From NCBI GenBank assembly GCA_030704615.1, contig CM060732.1:40610001-40674000 (forward strand): a stretch of 64,000 bases of DNA, read 5' to 3'. Below are positions 1-11,643 of the stretch, piece after piece. The notes under the pieces were generated by a model. The model saw only the letters and a list, made by a program, of their open reading frames with translations, had not been told where the DNA came from and searched no databases. Each line of letters starts with the position of its first letter. Positions within the stretch are counted from its first letter, which is position 1. The stretch comes from Takakia lepidozioides. Taxonomy: Eukaryota; Plantae; Bryophyta. The position numbers were made by a program, and so were the translations under genes.

Positions 1-3000
1 TGCTCTTGAGAGCTGTCCTTTCCACTGCTAGGAGCATCTTTCAAGGCACCTGAAACTCCCTTGAAGCCAGGAGAAATATCATTGAAGCTTCTGACACTAG
101 CAGCGTTGGTGCCTGGGTCTATCGTGAAGAATCCTACGGTGCTAAAGGTCTGCAGACCTGCAGAGAGCATAGGGATGAAAGGAGGTAGGAGGTTGCGGGT
201 AATAAAGTAACTGCGGTTGGCCGGAAGGGACAGAAGAACGCTCTGCACTCGCAGCAGCGCTACTGTCATGTGCGTGGGTTCTCGCTTTGAAGTTTGGGAA
301 GCCGGGAGTGATGTCGCAATGTAATCAAGAAGGCCTTGGTGACGAGCTGCATGGAGCTCAGGTTCTTTATCCTTCAGGCTCTGCAGAAGTGGAGAAACCA
401 ACAGAACCAGAGTGAGGACTAAAATAGTAGTACTGTCTGAAGGGAAGATCATAGTCAATGTTGCAAAGCTGTAACCAGTAACGTTCAGTATCACAACCAC
501 TAAGGGAAGTAAAATATCTTGAGAAGGGTTGGAAGGGGTCCAGCTTCTTATTTTGGCAGAACAAATAGGGCCCTGCAAAAAATGCATAGGAAGTTGCATA
601 CTTCAATAAATTGCAAGTTTGCCTCTGCCTGTGAAGACATCTTGCCAAATCTCTTGGTAATGACAACTCTTAGGTAGATTGACTTTAATACTTCTTCTGC
701 TTCCATATGAATCTCTCTGGGGAATCAGCCAAGTGCGGGGATTATACACACCTTACTCTAGGAACAGGAATAAGAGCTACACACATACACATGTGGAAAG
801 GAAACCTAAATGTACAACATGACTCTACCTTCACAATGTCAGCAATGATGAGCCTGCTTGCAAGAGAATTCCCATGTTTCCTAGTTTCCTGCAGACGTCC
901 AAGATCTTGCATCCACCTACCAATCTTGGACTGAGCCCCCCCTGCAAATGATGTTGAGCAACAGAAGCAGCTGATCTGTTAGAACTGACCATTGTATCAC
1001 CCCTTGTTGCCACTGTTTGACAATGGTATTTCTGAGAACTTGAAAGTGCTTGGACACGCATTTAAGATGGGATAGGTCAAGTCAGCAAACTCTTGCTATC
1101 CGCACACTCCTGGATTAATCATTATATCTCCTGCTGACTTCTTATATATGCTTCACCGGGAAAAGCTAATTTATCATCCCATCAGTTTTCTACCTTTTGT
1201 CTTTCACTAGCTGTAGTATGCAGTCGTAAATCAGCACCTCTCAGATGTCTATCATGGCTTCAATGCTACTAATCATACAGAAGATACAAGCATGTAAGAG
1301 AATCAGAGACCCCAAGCTTGAAGTTTGGATCACACCTGCAATAGTTGCAGGGCGGATCCCAAATCCTCCTACTCCGGGGGAGGGCTCAACAAACTGTGCT
1401 TTCTTCGATGCCAATCTTTGGCGTATTTTCTTCACCCTCTTCTTAAAAGCCTGCTTATGCAGACAAATGCAGTTGGAGTTAGGAACCAGGGTGATCAACC
1501 CTTCGTCAACCTGGCCTAGGGCACTGGTTGTCAATTTCCCCAAAACCCCTTCCCTGTTAGTAGTTAGTTCAGCTCCAATGATGTGTTCAGGAGCTATTTT
1601 TTCTCTCCTTGATGAACACAAAGCTGAAGGTGATGCACACTCCCCCCATCTTGTCGGCGACTCAAGTTGCATCTCCCGGTTGGGTTTGTCTTGTTTATCA
1701 AGATTTATCATTGCATACTCCTTGATTTTCTCCAGGTAGAGTTTTCGGCGAAGTGCACTCTCTCTCAACCTCTCTTCCAACTTCTGCCCCACTAACTGAC
1801 TTTCCTCCAGTTGAGCTTTCACAGGAACTTTCTTCTGTTCAACGTGCTCTACTTCCCGACCCTCCCTGGCAGCACTGGCAGCTTTTCTTTCCTCTTCTCT
1901 CCTTACTTTATCCTCCTGTTTCCTGCACTCGGCCTCAACAATTCGATTCAATCTCTCTGCTTCCAGCACCCGCTGCCGTTCCAGAGAGGCTTCCTCCCTT
2001 CCAAAGTCCTCACTTTGCTTAAGTCTGAGCTTTTGAAGTCTTTCTGCCCTTCGAAGCTCCAAGTCTTGAAGCTTCTGCTGCAATGAACCCTTCTTGTCCT
2101 CCCTATTAAGTGAGGTTATGAACCTCACTTCACTGCTTTTTCTAGCTCTCTGTGCAATCAGGGCAAGATGAGCCTCATGTCGCAATTCTCCATGCTGCTG
2201 CCTTGCATGCATGCCTTCCTGCCACTGGTTGACAGGGTTCAGCTTCTCCGTCGTCCTCTGAAGGCGCTGTGCCTGCTCGTTTTCCAGATCCATTCGTATT
2301 TTTGTTGCACGTGCCTGTCTTTCATCCAACTCGTGCATCCTTGACGGGGATTCCTTCTTCCTTTCAGGTGACAAAAGCTTGTTATTCAGAGATAATGCAT
2401 GCTTTGCAGGGACTCTGCCAGGGGCTGGAGACCTTGACGTCTGTGATGAGCCCCGGAGAGAGAAAGACAGAATGTTCCCCAAATTTCTCTTCTCCTTGGT
2501 GCCAATAGGCCAATTTTGTTCCTTCCCCCTACTTGTACATGCAACACGTTGACCACTAGCCTCCGTTGGCCTCATCAATCTATCGCTTTGGCCTGTGTTT
2601 GTTGAAAGGGTTCTGCTGGGCGATTCCATAATTCTGTCAGCTATGCTTGCTGTGTCAACTACAGAACCTCCCCTCTTCCGGCCTTCTCTTCCCATGCGAG
2701 AGCTGCATGGCACAGTGGGGGCTTGTATAGGAAGGTTCTCAGGAGTATTATATATGTCTTTGCGGTTTTCCGTCAAGTCAGAATATCGCGAATCTGCATT
2801 GGGAGGAGGCTCTCGGTGTGAGGATTGATGAGAACCTGCCAAGGAGGACTTAATTCCCTATCATTTCAGAATGTATCTTTGTGAGCAGAGAGCAACTTTC
2901 ATGTTCTCACTGATTTCATGTAATCTCACTAGAAAACAATTAGCAGGCTCTCAGGAAGCTGAGGAAGGTTCTTCAACCTCAAGGAATATAGGATACAATT

Positions 3001-6000
3001 TTCCTTAGCTTCAGTGACAAACGAATGTACTCATAAGACATTGTTTGCACTAGCTCACCTATGTCACAGACTGGAAACAAGTTCAGGGAAGTTTTTTGCC
3101 TCACTTCATTTTCATCAGACAATTTCCTGGCAACAGACATGGCTTTGGACACTACAGCCTCTAAGTCAGATTTATCCAGCAGGGTCAAGACTTGCGGGCT
3201 AAGATTCAGATCCTTGAGAATCTCTTCTACTCTCTTCCGCCAGGACTTAGCCTGTTTGACAGGACGATCCTGCTTCCAAGATATAGAGTCGATTAACTTA
3301 GGATATCTGATTTTGGACGTATGTTGGAGCTGAACCCGCCATCTGACCTTGAATTCATCTCGTCGGGAGCTTAAGGAAGGGATGCCAAACTCACCCCGAA
3401 CAGCCACATTGGCTGTTTTGGAGATGCTGACATGCACTCCTTAAGCACCCCCACTTGAATGGATTCTAGAGACTTAGTCTGGTTGGAGTTATCAACCCAT
3501 ATTGCAGATGCGTACTCCAAGGCAGGTCTAATAACGCAACAAAAGCATGGTTTTTTTGTTGATCCCTCTGCAGTGGAAAAATTTAGTGAGACCCAGCGCT
3601 TTGCGCTTGCCAGTTTGAACAACTTTCTGAATATGTACATCCCAATTACAGTTGGAGGAAAACTCAACACCGAGGTATGTGTAGGAAGGAGGACCAGAAT
3701 CTCTTGGCTTCCCCCCTGCCACTTGAGATCACCTCCTCCCTCTCCTCGGTCATTGAATGCCCCCACTGCACATTTATTGACATTAGCCTCTAGCCCCCAA
3801 AGGTCAAAGTATCTCTTCGCGCAATCAATCAACTCCTGGAACTTCAGTAACAAAAGAAAGAACGTTTAAGGTATCCCTCCTTTTACCTTTTGTACGAAGG
3901 ACTCCATCCATACCCTGCACGCTCTTGAGGGTCTCCAAAGATGAGGGAAGTATGTCCGCCTGGTGCTGACAGCAGGCCATCCGACGTACCTGCAACACCA
4001 AAATTGAGTTCACCTTTCAGTGCCATAAAAGACCGAATCAAGTCCAATCTTAAGTCTCCACTTTTGTACTTCTGCTCATACACAAAAACTAGTAGAGAGA
4101 GACAGAATTTATTCATGAGACATTGTTTCTTGTGGCCATTCACCCCAAGCCCAGTTTTGGCGGAACGAAAGGGAACAGACACTACCTTTCTGAGGGGCTC
4201 ACTCCAGTAGAGGGACTTACTTTGGCCTAACAATTAGTTCGGGATTTCCAGATATCCTCTAGAGAGCCCTTCACACACTATGTGTGACTTGCCCAGCGAT
4301 TAGACCCCAACAGGGCCAGGGATTTAGGCTCACCCAAGAGAATGTACTCATAAGACGACGTTTACCGTACCCTGGTGGGCTAAGCCAAGAGAGAGAGAGA
4401 GATTGTACTCATAAGATGTTGTTTGCCGTAGCCTTGTGGCCATTGACCCCGCGCCCAGTTTGAGTGGGAACAAAAGGGACAGAACCTACCTCTGTCAGGG
4501 GCTGACGTTGGTAGTAAGACTTACCTCCATATAAAGAAGAGAGAGAGAGAGAAATGAAACGAAATGAAATGGTGCTTTATAACAGGAGAGAGAGAGTCTA
4601 TATTTGTGTTCAAGTAGAAAGTGCTTTGGCACTCACCATCACGTAGACTAACACGTAGAAAGTGCTTTGGCACTCATAAGCACGTAGACTAACAACTAAG
4701 TGGAGCAAATGAGGAAGCCTACAATATGTATTTAAGACAATAACTACTGCAGCAACCTACATTCTGCTTTTTCCCAGGGAAAAAGAGAGTGACACTCAAC
4801 TCCAAACCAAGCCAAGAGAAAATATGAGGGAGCACTAGCCTCTCATCTCCAAAATGCATTCAACACTAACTACTAATATATCATTCACCACCTTGAGCTG
4901 GGCTCAGAAGATGACAGCCATTACAAAGGCCTAAGATGTTTTCGAGCACAGCCCAAGGCACCCCCACTTACCTTCTCACCTAAAATCACAGCCAGAGTAG
5001 CTGTTACTGTGGCTGGAGATGACCATGATACCAAACAAGTGGAAGCAGTGTCGTTGGTTTAAGAAAATAATGAACTACACTGGGTTTTCCGGGGGGCCCT
5101 TACTTCCCAAGCAATGGCATGAGGACGCCTCTGCTGTTGCTCCCCTTTAACAGACTGTGAACTGCTGGAACGAGCATCAGATACTGGGCACATTAAGCCT
5201 GAATCCTTCTTAACTTTTTTGAATCCATCAACTCTGGTCTTGAGGTCTTTAAAGTCAACCCCTGCTTCATCTAGGACAAGAAGAACCTCCTTCATTTGAT
5301 CCATGTCACATTCCAGCTCACACAGAAAATAGAGCTCATCGATAGCTCTATTCAAACCCTCAAATAGGTAGCACCAAATCCGCTGGCGAAACCATTCTTT
5401 GCACTCTCCTGCATAAGTTGTAGCTTCTTTTGTTATCTATACAAGCTTGCAGGGCCACATGTAAATTACATCCATGGAAGGCCTAGAGGACATTTGGGAC
5501 ACTGTAGAACAACAGTGAAATGAAAAGGTACTTTATAATGTCCACAAGCAGCTCAAAGAGCTTATGGCACAAGAGGAAGAAAGAAACAAGAAGAGAGGGC
5601 ACAAACAGCCCAAATGCAACTAAAGGTCCAGGGATTGTCTCAGAGTCATCGCTTCATGCAGGTAAGCTGCCAAGCATTTCTGATCCTCGTAATGGAAGGC
5701 CTCAGTGAGAGATTGACTATCCAGGAAGAGGCAGTTGCATCCCCCACGGATCTCATAGTATAAAGGGCAGAGCAAGAAGAAATGTTCTTCACTTTCAATG
5801 AAATGACAAGTAGAGCAGCGTGTAACCATAGAAGCATAGAAGGACAAATCTCCTTGACTTTGCCCAGCAATCTCGAGCTACAACCATTGATGGAGCATGG
5901 ACCCTCAGGATGTCAATCTTCCTGATGGTACCAAGGCATGAAACTCAGCCAGAGATTGGTATAGCAGTTTACAAGGAATCAACTGTTAGTTAAGGGGTTG

Positions 6001-8548
6001 AGTTGCCCATGATGTACCCTGCAAAGGTGAAGCTCATTGGTTTTAGCCTCTTGTAGCAAAAGACCATTCTCTCCTCTTCTACAGGACAGTGAAAACAGTG
6101 AAGATTGGTGAGGGAATGTACTCATAAGACGTTGTTTGCCATAGCCTTGTGGCCAATGACCTCGCGCCTAGTTTGAGCGGAACACAAAGGGACAGAAACT
6201 ACCTTTGTCAGGGGCTGACGCCAGCAGTATGACTTACCTTGAAACCTTGAAACAGACAATTGATCTGAGTATTCCAGATATCCTCTAGAGTTGGTAAGAG
6301 AGATGAGTGGATCGAAGAATGGGTCACCACCATCATGGAAGGTTGTTCCCGTAGTGGGACCGACATTTAATAATCAAGTTGATTCTGGCATTCCCAATTA
6401 GTTGTTGTCTACCAGATTTCTGCTAGAAACTCTGCTTACCATGTGATCCAAGCCAAAGTTAGACGGCCGATGGATGGATTTGATAGTCTCTCAAACTAAG
6501 TAAAAATGGGTGAGAGAGAGAAGACTCCAGCTAAATCTAGCGTAGAAAAGAGCCACTTCTCCTTGCAGGTACTGCCCATATCAGAGGTGGGTTCTATGGG
6601 TCCTGTGATGCTTTCTGTGCCAAAAATACCCATTGCACTGAAGAGACCCATGGGCACATGCGCATGGTTCTCATCCTCAGTTTGATTACCAGACATAGGT
6701 CATAGGACTATCCCGACACAGTAGAACTACAAGAGAAAACAAAAGAGACTACAGACACACCCTTAAACATGACTTACATGAGCATCCACGAGGAGTTGAA
6801 TTTGTCAGATGAGAGGTCACCTTGGAGTCGGATCTGATTCTATACGGATCTTGTACGCTTAATCTTTATTCCATGCAAGGATTATAACCATGGGACTTTA
6901 ACATTTTGGTTTGGCAGGTCTTGCAAGAAGAAATCCAAGCAAAAACTTTTACACGACTCGTTAAAAGGGTCTCAATAAGAGGAATCAACGTACAGTGGCA
7001 AGCCAGCCCAATTAGATTTCCAGATAACTGACTGACTGACACAATTGGACACTTACTTTGGTCATTTTGATGGATCATCATGCTTTCTCCTGCTTTTGTA
7101 GGTTTCAGAGACCATTCTTCTACAGCATCTTCACTATTCAATGAAGATTTAGCCCTTCCAGTTATAGCGTCCAGTACGTCTCCCTCATTCTGACATGAAA
7201 CTTCCAATGGAGCAGTAAGAACCAATGCCATTGCATAAGGATTGCATAACTCCCTTTCTCCAATTTCGTCGTGAAAAGTCTTGTCACTTCCCTCAAAAGT
7301 TCCCTCTGTCGCACCAACTCCTGTGGTGCTAACAAGTCCACCCACGTCCAGTGATGTTGATTTCATATGAACAGACTTCTCCAATAAGTGGCTATTACAA
7401 GATTCTGTCTCACAAGAATTTTGAATAAAATTTGTCTTCATTGGCTCTGCAACATAGATGTCAGAGGCCTTTGAATCATTGTCTTGTTTGACAGCCAAAT
7501 CACTGGATATTGTATCCTTTCCACATGATAAATCATACAGTAAATGATCCATGACACCTGGGTTGGCCAACAGTGCAAGCCCAGTTGAGCCTTGTGCTCC
7601 ATCCGGAAGATTGACCTCTAGAGGTTGTTTAACAATTTCGTCACTCACCCCGGCATCCTCAACAGCGGCCTGCTCCCCAACCTGGCCAGCGCAGCACAAT
7701 TCATTTTCTAGCACTCCATTAGGGCCACTCAAAAACACTACCTCCATTTGTTCCATCTGTTCCAAGTCTTCGTCATTGAGGTCCCCCCACTTGAACTTTG
7801 GGACATCGGTAGCTGTTGCAGCACTGATTAAGCTTTTCCGGCGCTCTTCAGCATCCTCCAGAGTGTCTCTCTCGGGGCTGCTCAGTAAGGAGATCACTTC
7901 ACTGCTAGACATCCCCCTGGAGGTATTTGTGCCTGATGTGCTTTCATCTTCTCCAGTGTGCACATATATTTTCCTATACGAACTTCTTGATTGGCAGTCA
8001 AACCTCACTTCATCACTCATGAAATGCTCCACTGCCTTACCTGTCTTCACTTCATCTATGAGCTGATAATTTACATCACATGTCGTTCCGTAATTGTCCT
8101 CTAAACTGCTCATTAACTGGTTGATCACACCTGTCACTTTATCTGATAAGCCCCTCTGTGCAATGGTTCCATCTACGTATCTAGCCGTGGGAGTATTGGG
8201 GAATCGATCAATAGAATTGGCAGGGTTACTGTACTCACTATCAGGTACAGGTGAAGTACTCATGTAATCGATTGATTGTGGAGGAGTGCTGAACTCATAA
8301 TCAGCTGAAGGCACATGACTGAATTCAGTAGAAGGGCTACTGCTTGCTTCAACATCAACATCATGATAAGTGCAGCCTTCACTTGCATCTACAGACAAAG
8401 AAGTTTGTACTGGTAGACTGGAATCTTCATGTACATTTGCTACTCTGCTTTCCATGTAGTCTAGAGGAGAAGAATTCCTCAAGGGTAAGCAAGGACTACT
8501 GGATTTCAACCTATGGTAAGCCTTGGAAAGTATAGTAGGTACTCGCAT
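1..8548 (-). CDS. SCAPER-like (S-phase cyclin A-associated ER protein) plant homolog, multi-exon, continues beyond position 1
   Basis: Phase-consistent GT-AG exons at about 8548-7057 (PKFKWGDL), 5408-5104 (KEWFRQRIWCYLFEGLNRAIDELYFLCELECD...RRPHAIAWE), 3989-3887 (VRRM...SSLETLK), 2835-1336 (long coiled coil), 941-829 and 380-1 (PELHAARHQGLLDYIA...NRSYFITRNLLPP). These blocks resemble plant SCAPER proteins. The start codon is uncertain. Confidence 0.85.
3025..3870 (-). mobile_element. Degenerate non-LTR retrotransposon fragment (RT C-terminal part plus 3' terminus), LINE family A, in a SCAPER intron
   Basis: Frameshifted ORFs LQELIDCAKRYFDLWGLEANVNKC, YTYLGVEFSSNCNWDVHI and IRPALEYASAIW are typical late RT/thumb motifs. 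The fragment ends in GCAAACAATGTCTTATGAGTACA, shared with the short copies below. Confidence 0.8.
4105..4530 (-). mobile_element. Cluster of 5'-truncated LINE family A tails (about 4105-4335, 4342-4370, 4404-4527) among (GA)n tracts
   Basis: Repeated motif gtactcataagacgttgtttgcc...gtggccattgacccc...aaagggacagaa...gacttac, also seen near 6115, 26840, 46735 and 52700. Confidence 0.8.
4614..4693. repeat. Two-copy tandem duplication of about 41 bp
   Basis: gtagaaagtgctttggcactca...cacgtagactaaca occurs twice in direct orientation. Confidence 0.85.
5515..6080 (-). mobile_element. 5'-truncated LINE family B (RTE/RTEX-like) 3' end
   Basis: C-terminal Cys/His motif CSTCHFIESEEHFFLLCPLYYEIRG...LAAYLHEAMTLR, then a 3' UTR ending in a CATTT-type tail. 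Homologous to copies near 44.7-45.1 kb and 52.9-53.3 kb. Confidence 0.75.
6113..6290 (-). mobile_element. LINE family A 3' tail copy
   Basis: Closely matches the copies at 4404-4527 and 26838-27081. Confidence 0.8.
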
Positions 8549-11500
8549 ATTCTATCAAAAACTCCAATCGCCATTCATGTTGCACAAGGAAGCTGAGTGT
8601 GTCCTGGACAACTCAGGTCTATATATGGCAAGAACTCCCTTATTAGAGTTACACAGGATCTCATTTTATCCTTAGAGGTAGCCCGATTCTGTTATTTGGA
8701 CCGTTTTTATTGCTATGCCCGTTCACGCCACTTCACGTCCCTCCTCCATATGGAAACTTTCTTCATGTGCTAACTCCCCCAGTTTGTTCTTTCCAAATCC
8801 CAGTTCGATTCACTAAAGGTTTGCGTACTATTTTATGACCTTCTGTGCAGGAGCCCAGCAGAGAGCAGTTTGAATCCCCATGGTGGAGGGAGGGTATCAA
8901 TATTTCTGCAAAAGAGAAAGTATATCAGGGTAGTCATAATACTACTGTTACTACATAGTATGTTCTGTCAGTTAATGACAAGGTTTCGCTTTTTGGACAT
9001 CAATGCAGTTTACATCCTGGAAATTTTTCAGGAATATCTCAGCCAGAAAAGTTTGTCTATGAGAAAAGTAATATGTGACTCTCCTCTCTCAAGGTATGTC
9101 AAATGCAGGGCACAGCTGTAATCCCATTCACCTTCCATTGCCTCTTGTTCAATTCAACTACACGTGGTCTCATCTTCGGGGCCTCAGCCACTCTTTACAT
9201 TTCTTCCATGGACATCTGCAAACTCACCAAGGAGCCAATTGCTCTTGATCGTTAAAGGCTTGTTTACCCTCCGTGCCGTTATCCATGGCCTTAAGAAGCT
9301 CCACTACTTCCCTCCAAACATTCCTCCATTGCCAATGGGATGGCAAGTGTCTCGTTCTGTATGGAAAACAGAGATGCTCTGCTTCTTGAGGTCATGGATA
9401 AATGGCACCAACACAAGAAAGCAAAGATCCAAGAGCAATTGATTGGTTGGGAAGAAGCCAAGAGCTTATGGTGCACTCGACGATAGAAAAGATTGGCCCA
9501 AATTAAAAGTCCACTGAAAGTGGAGAAGATGCTACTGCTGCACTATGCTTCACCTTTTACAGGGTACTGCTGAAAGGAGTCCCCATGGCAGCACAAAAAA
9601 GAAATCCAAACGGTTCTGCATCAGCTACAAGAAAGGTATCATGGCTATATCCAGAACCAGACACCCCGCCAAAGCAACAGAGGCAATTAGTTAGCCTCCT
9701 CGTACAATTGAGCAGAGGGTTCAGTCAAATTTTGGAGCAGTGCAAAGAAGTCAGATGCCCTTTGTTTATGATTACAGCTCAATTGAGATACAGACTTTTC
9801 TGAAAATGTCTGCTCATCCTGTCTCCCCAAAGCTTTGTTTTGATTGCAATAAAAGAAACTGACATTTATCTGGAGCAAACTCTAGTCTTATGAAGGTAAA
9901 CTCTAGTCTTACTGCCAGCAGCAATGGTACATCAGTACATTGCCCCACTCCTGCCAAAAACGTCAAGCACTGTTCTGGGTGCTATATCATACAGCTGCAG
10001 TTGCGGACTTGACTGTAAGACCGTGCATCATTTTTACAATTCCGTGGGCAAAGTCTCTCTAATCAGTGAAATTATTCTTTCACCAACAAACCCTTGTGAG
10101 GGCTACAGAAAGAGATGAGATTTGACACAAGTCCTTAGCCCTGATCCAACAATCCACCTTACATTTGTGTATGAAGCCGTGACAACTGATGGCAGTGCAT
10201 TCTCAGCCACCGGGACATACGAGACTCCACCCCAATTTCCGGCTGACGACATTCCGGTTAGAGGAATTGAGTATCGTTATATTGTACAGGATGGATTGCA
10301 CGAGATTGAATTCCGGTCCTGCCCTCTAGCTGGAAAGAGATAGCCAAGGTGGCTGTGCGATTGGTTGCACGGGCCAGTAACACGGATTACGCAATCGGGC
10401 AGAGGGTGTGACCGACACATCATAGGGAGGACGAAGGAGAGAAGACGAAAGGAAAAGAACGGGGAACAGGGATAAACTTTCAGGGCACAATGTGCAACGA
10501 GCTTTTGACTACTGGTTTGTCAGTGTTACCCTGCCTTTCAGTGTCAGCTGTCAAACATACTAAAACCTCTCAGTACAAAGCCACAGCCAGCACGTAAAGC
10601 CTTGCCATCACAATTCAAGTAAACAAACATTCTAGGATACACAAAAGGACTACTGAAGCTCAAAGCAAAACCTGCACCATTGAGCGTGGTTTGAAAAAGA
10701 GCTGAAGCAAGCAGGTTTGAAGTTTCAGCTTGAGACCAACCGTTTACAGAGAGAACGCACAAAATGCTGGACATGGAAGTGAGGAAGTTCGCCGCACAGC
10801 CAAGCCACAGATAATAGAATTTACACAACTTCTCAAAAGAGCTGAACAACGTGATCGAGAAGAGTCCCTCCAATCACCAGAACGAAAGTCATCTAGTGGA
10901 ACAGAATCGATCAACAATGTCGATTGTTCCATACTCCTTTCTCTAGCATTGCGCTCAGCTCACGCATGCACAAAAAAAACGAAAGACGGGGGGCAAATTA
11001 ATGTCTTGACTCCAAATTTCACATTTCAAATCTGAAATGAGATCATGAATGCCTACGACGATCAAGTCATCCAGAGCGACTCAACAAGGACACGCCACCT
11101 CAGTAATTCTAGAACATTTCTCATTTTGTTCTTCCTGTCGGATGCAGAGAACACAATTACATCAACAGAATGGACAGTTGTGCATCCTTATGGCTGGATG
11201 ATGTGGCATTCTGGCTTTGAAGGGATGGAAGGGAATGGATATGAAGAGGTAATGCAAAGGTGAAGAGGTAGACAGAGGGCATGAAGAGGTATGAGAGTTG
11301 CTGTAACCCACACTCCCTAATACAGTGCTCTTAATCAAAATTAGCATCATGCTTAGTGTAATTCAATGATCCTTGATGGATGAAGACACCCCAAGAACAG
11401 AAGGAAGGGGATGCAAACCAAGTACTGGGGGTTGCAGAGACATGTACAAATTGTTTTCCTTCCTCATTATCAAATTCAACTGGAGTGAGACATCAATGCT

Positions 11501-11643
11501 CTTGTTGGTAATCTGTTGAAGCAAGCTACATAGGTTGAGAAGACAGCGTGACCCAATAGCAAAACATGGCTTTCAAGTGCCGACGCGAGGTGATAACTGA
11601 ATCCCCTGAAACAACAGTACTGGGGTGGAGTGTGCAAAACTAA

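Noticed and set aside
1245-2828. Several plus-strand ORFs of 64-164 aa
   Set aside because: Antisense shadows of the SCAPER coiled-coil exon. The same applies to ORFs opposite ANK, BIOF, enolase and AO.
6496-6696. 66-aa ORF as an extra SCAPER exon
   Set aside because: The nearest good acceptor gives stops in all three phases, and the flanking exons already join in phase.
10122-10343. 73-aa plus-strand ORF with protein-like composition
   Set aside because: No ATG start and no recognisable motif. The region more plausibly belongs to the SCAPER 5' UTR or promoter on the minus strand.
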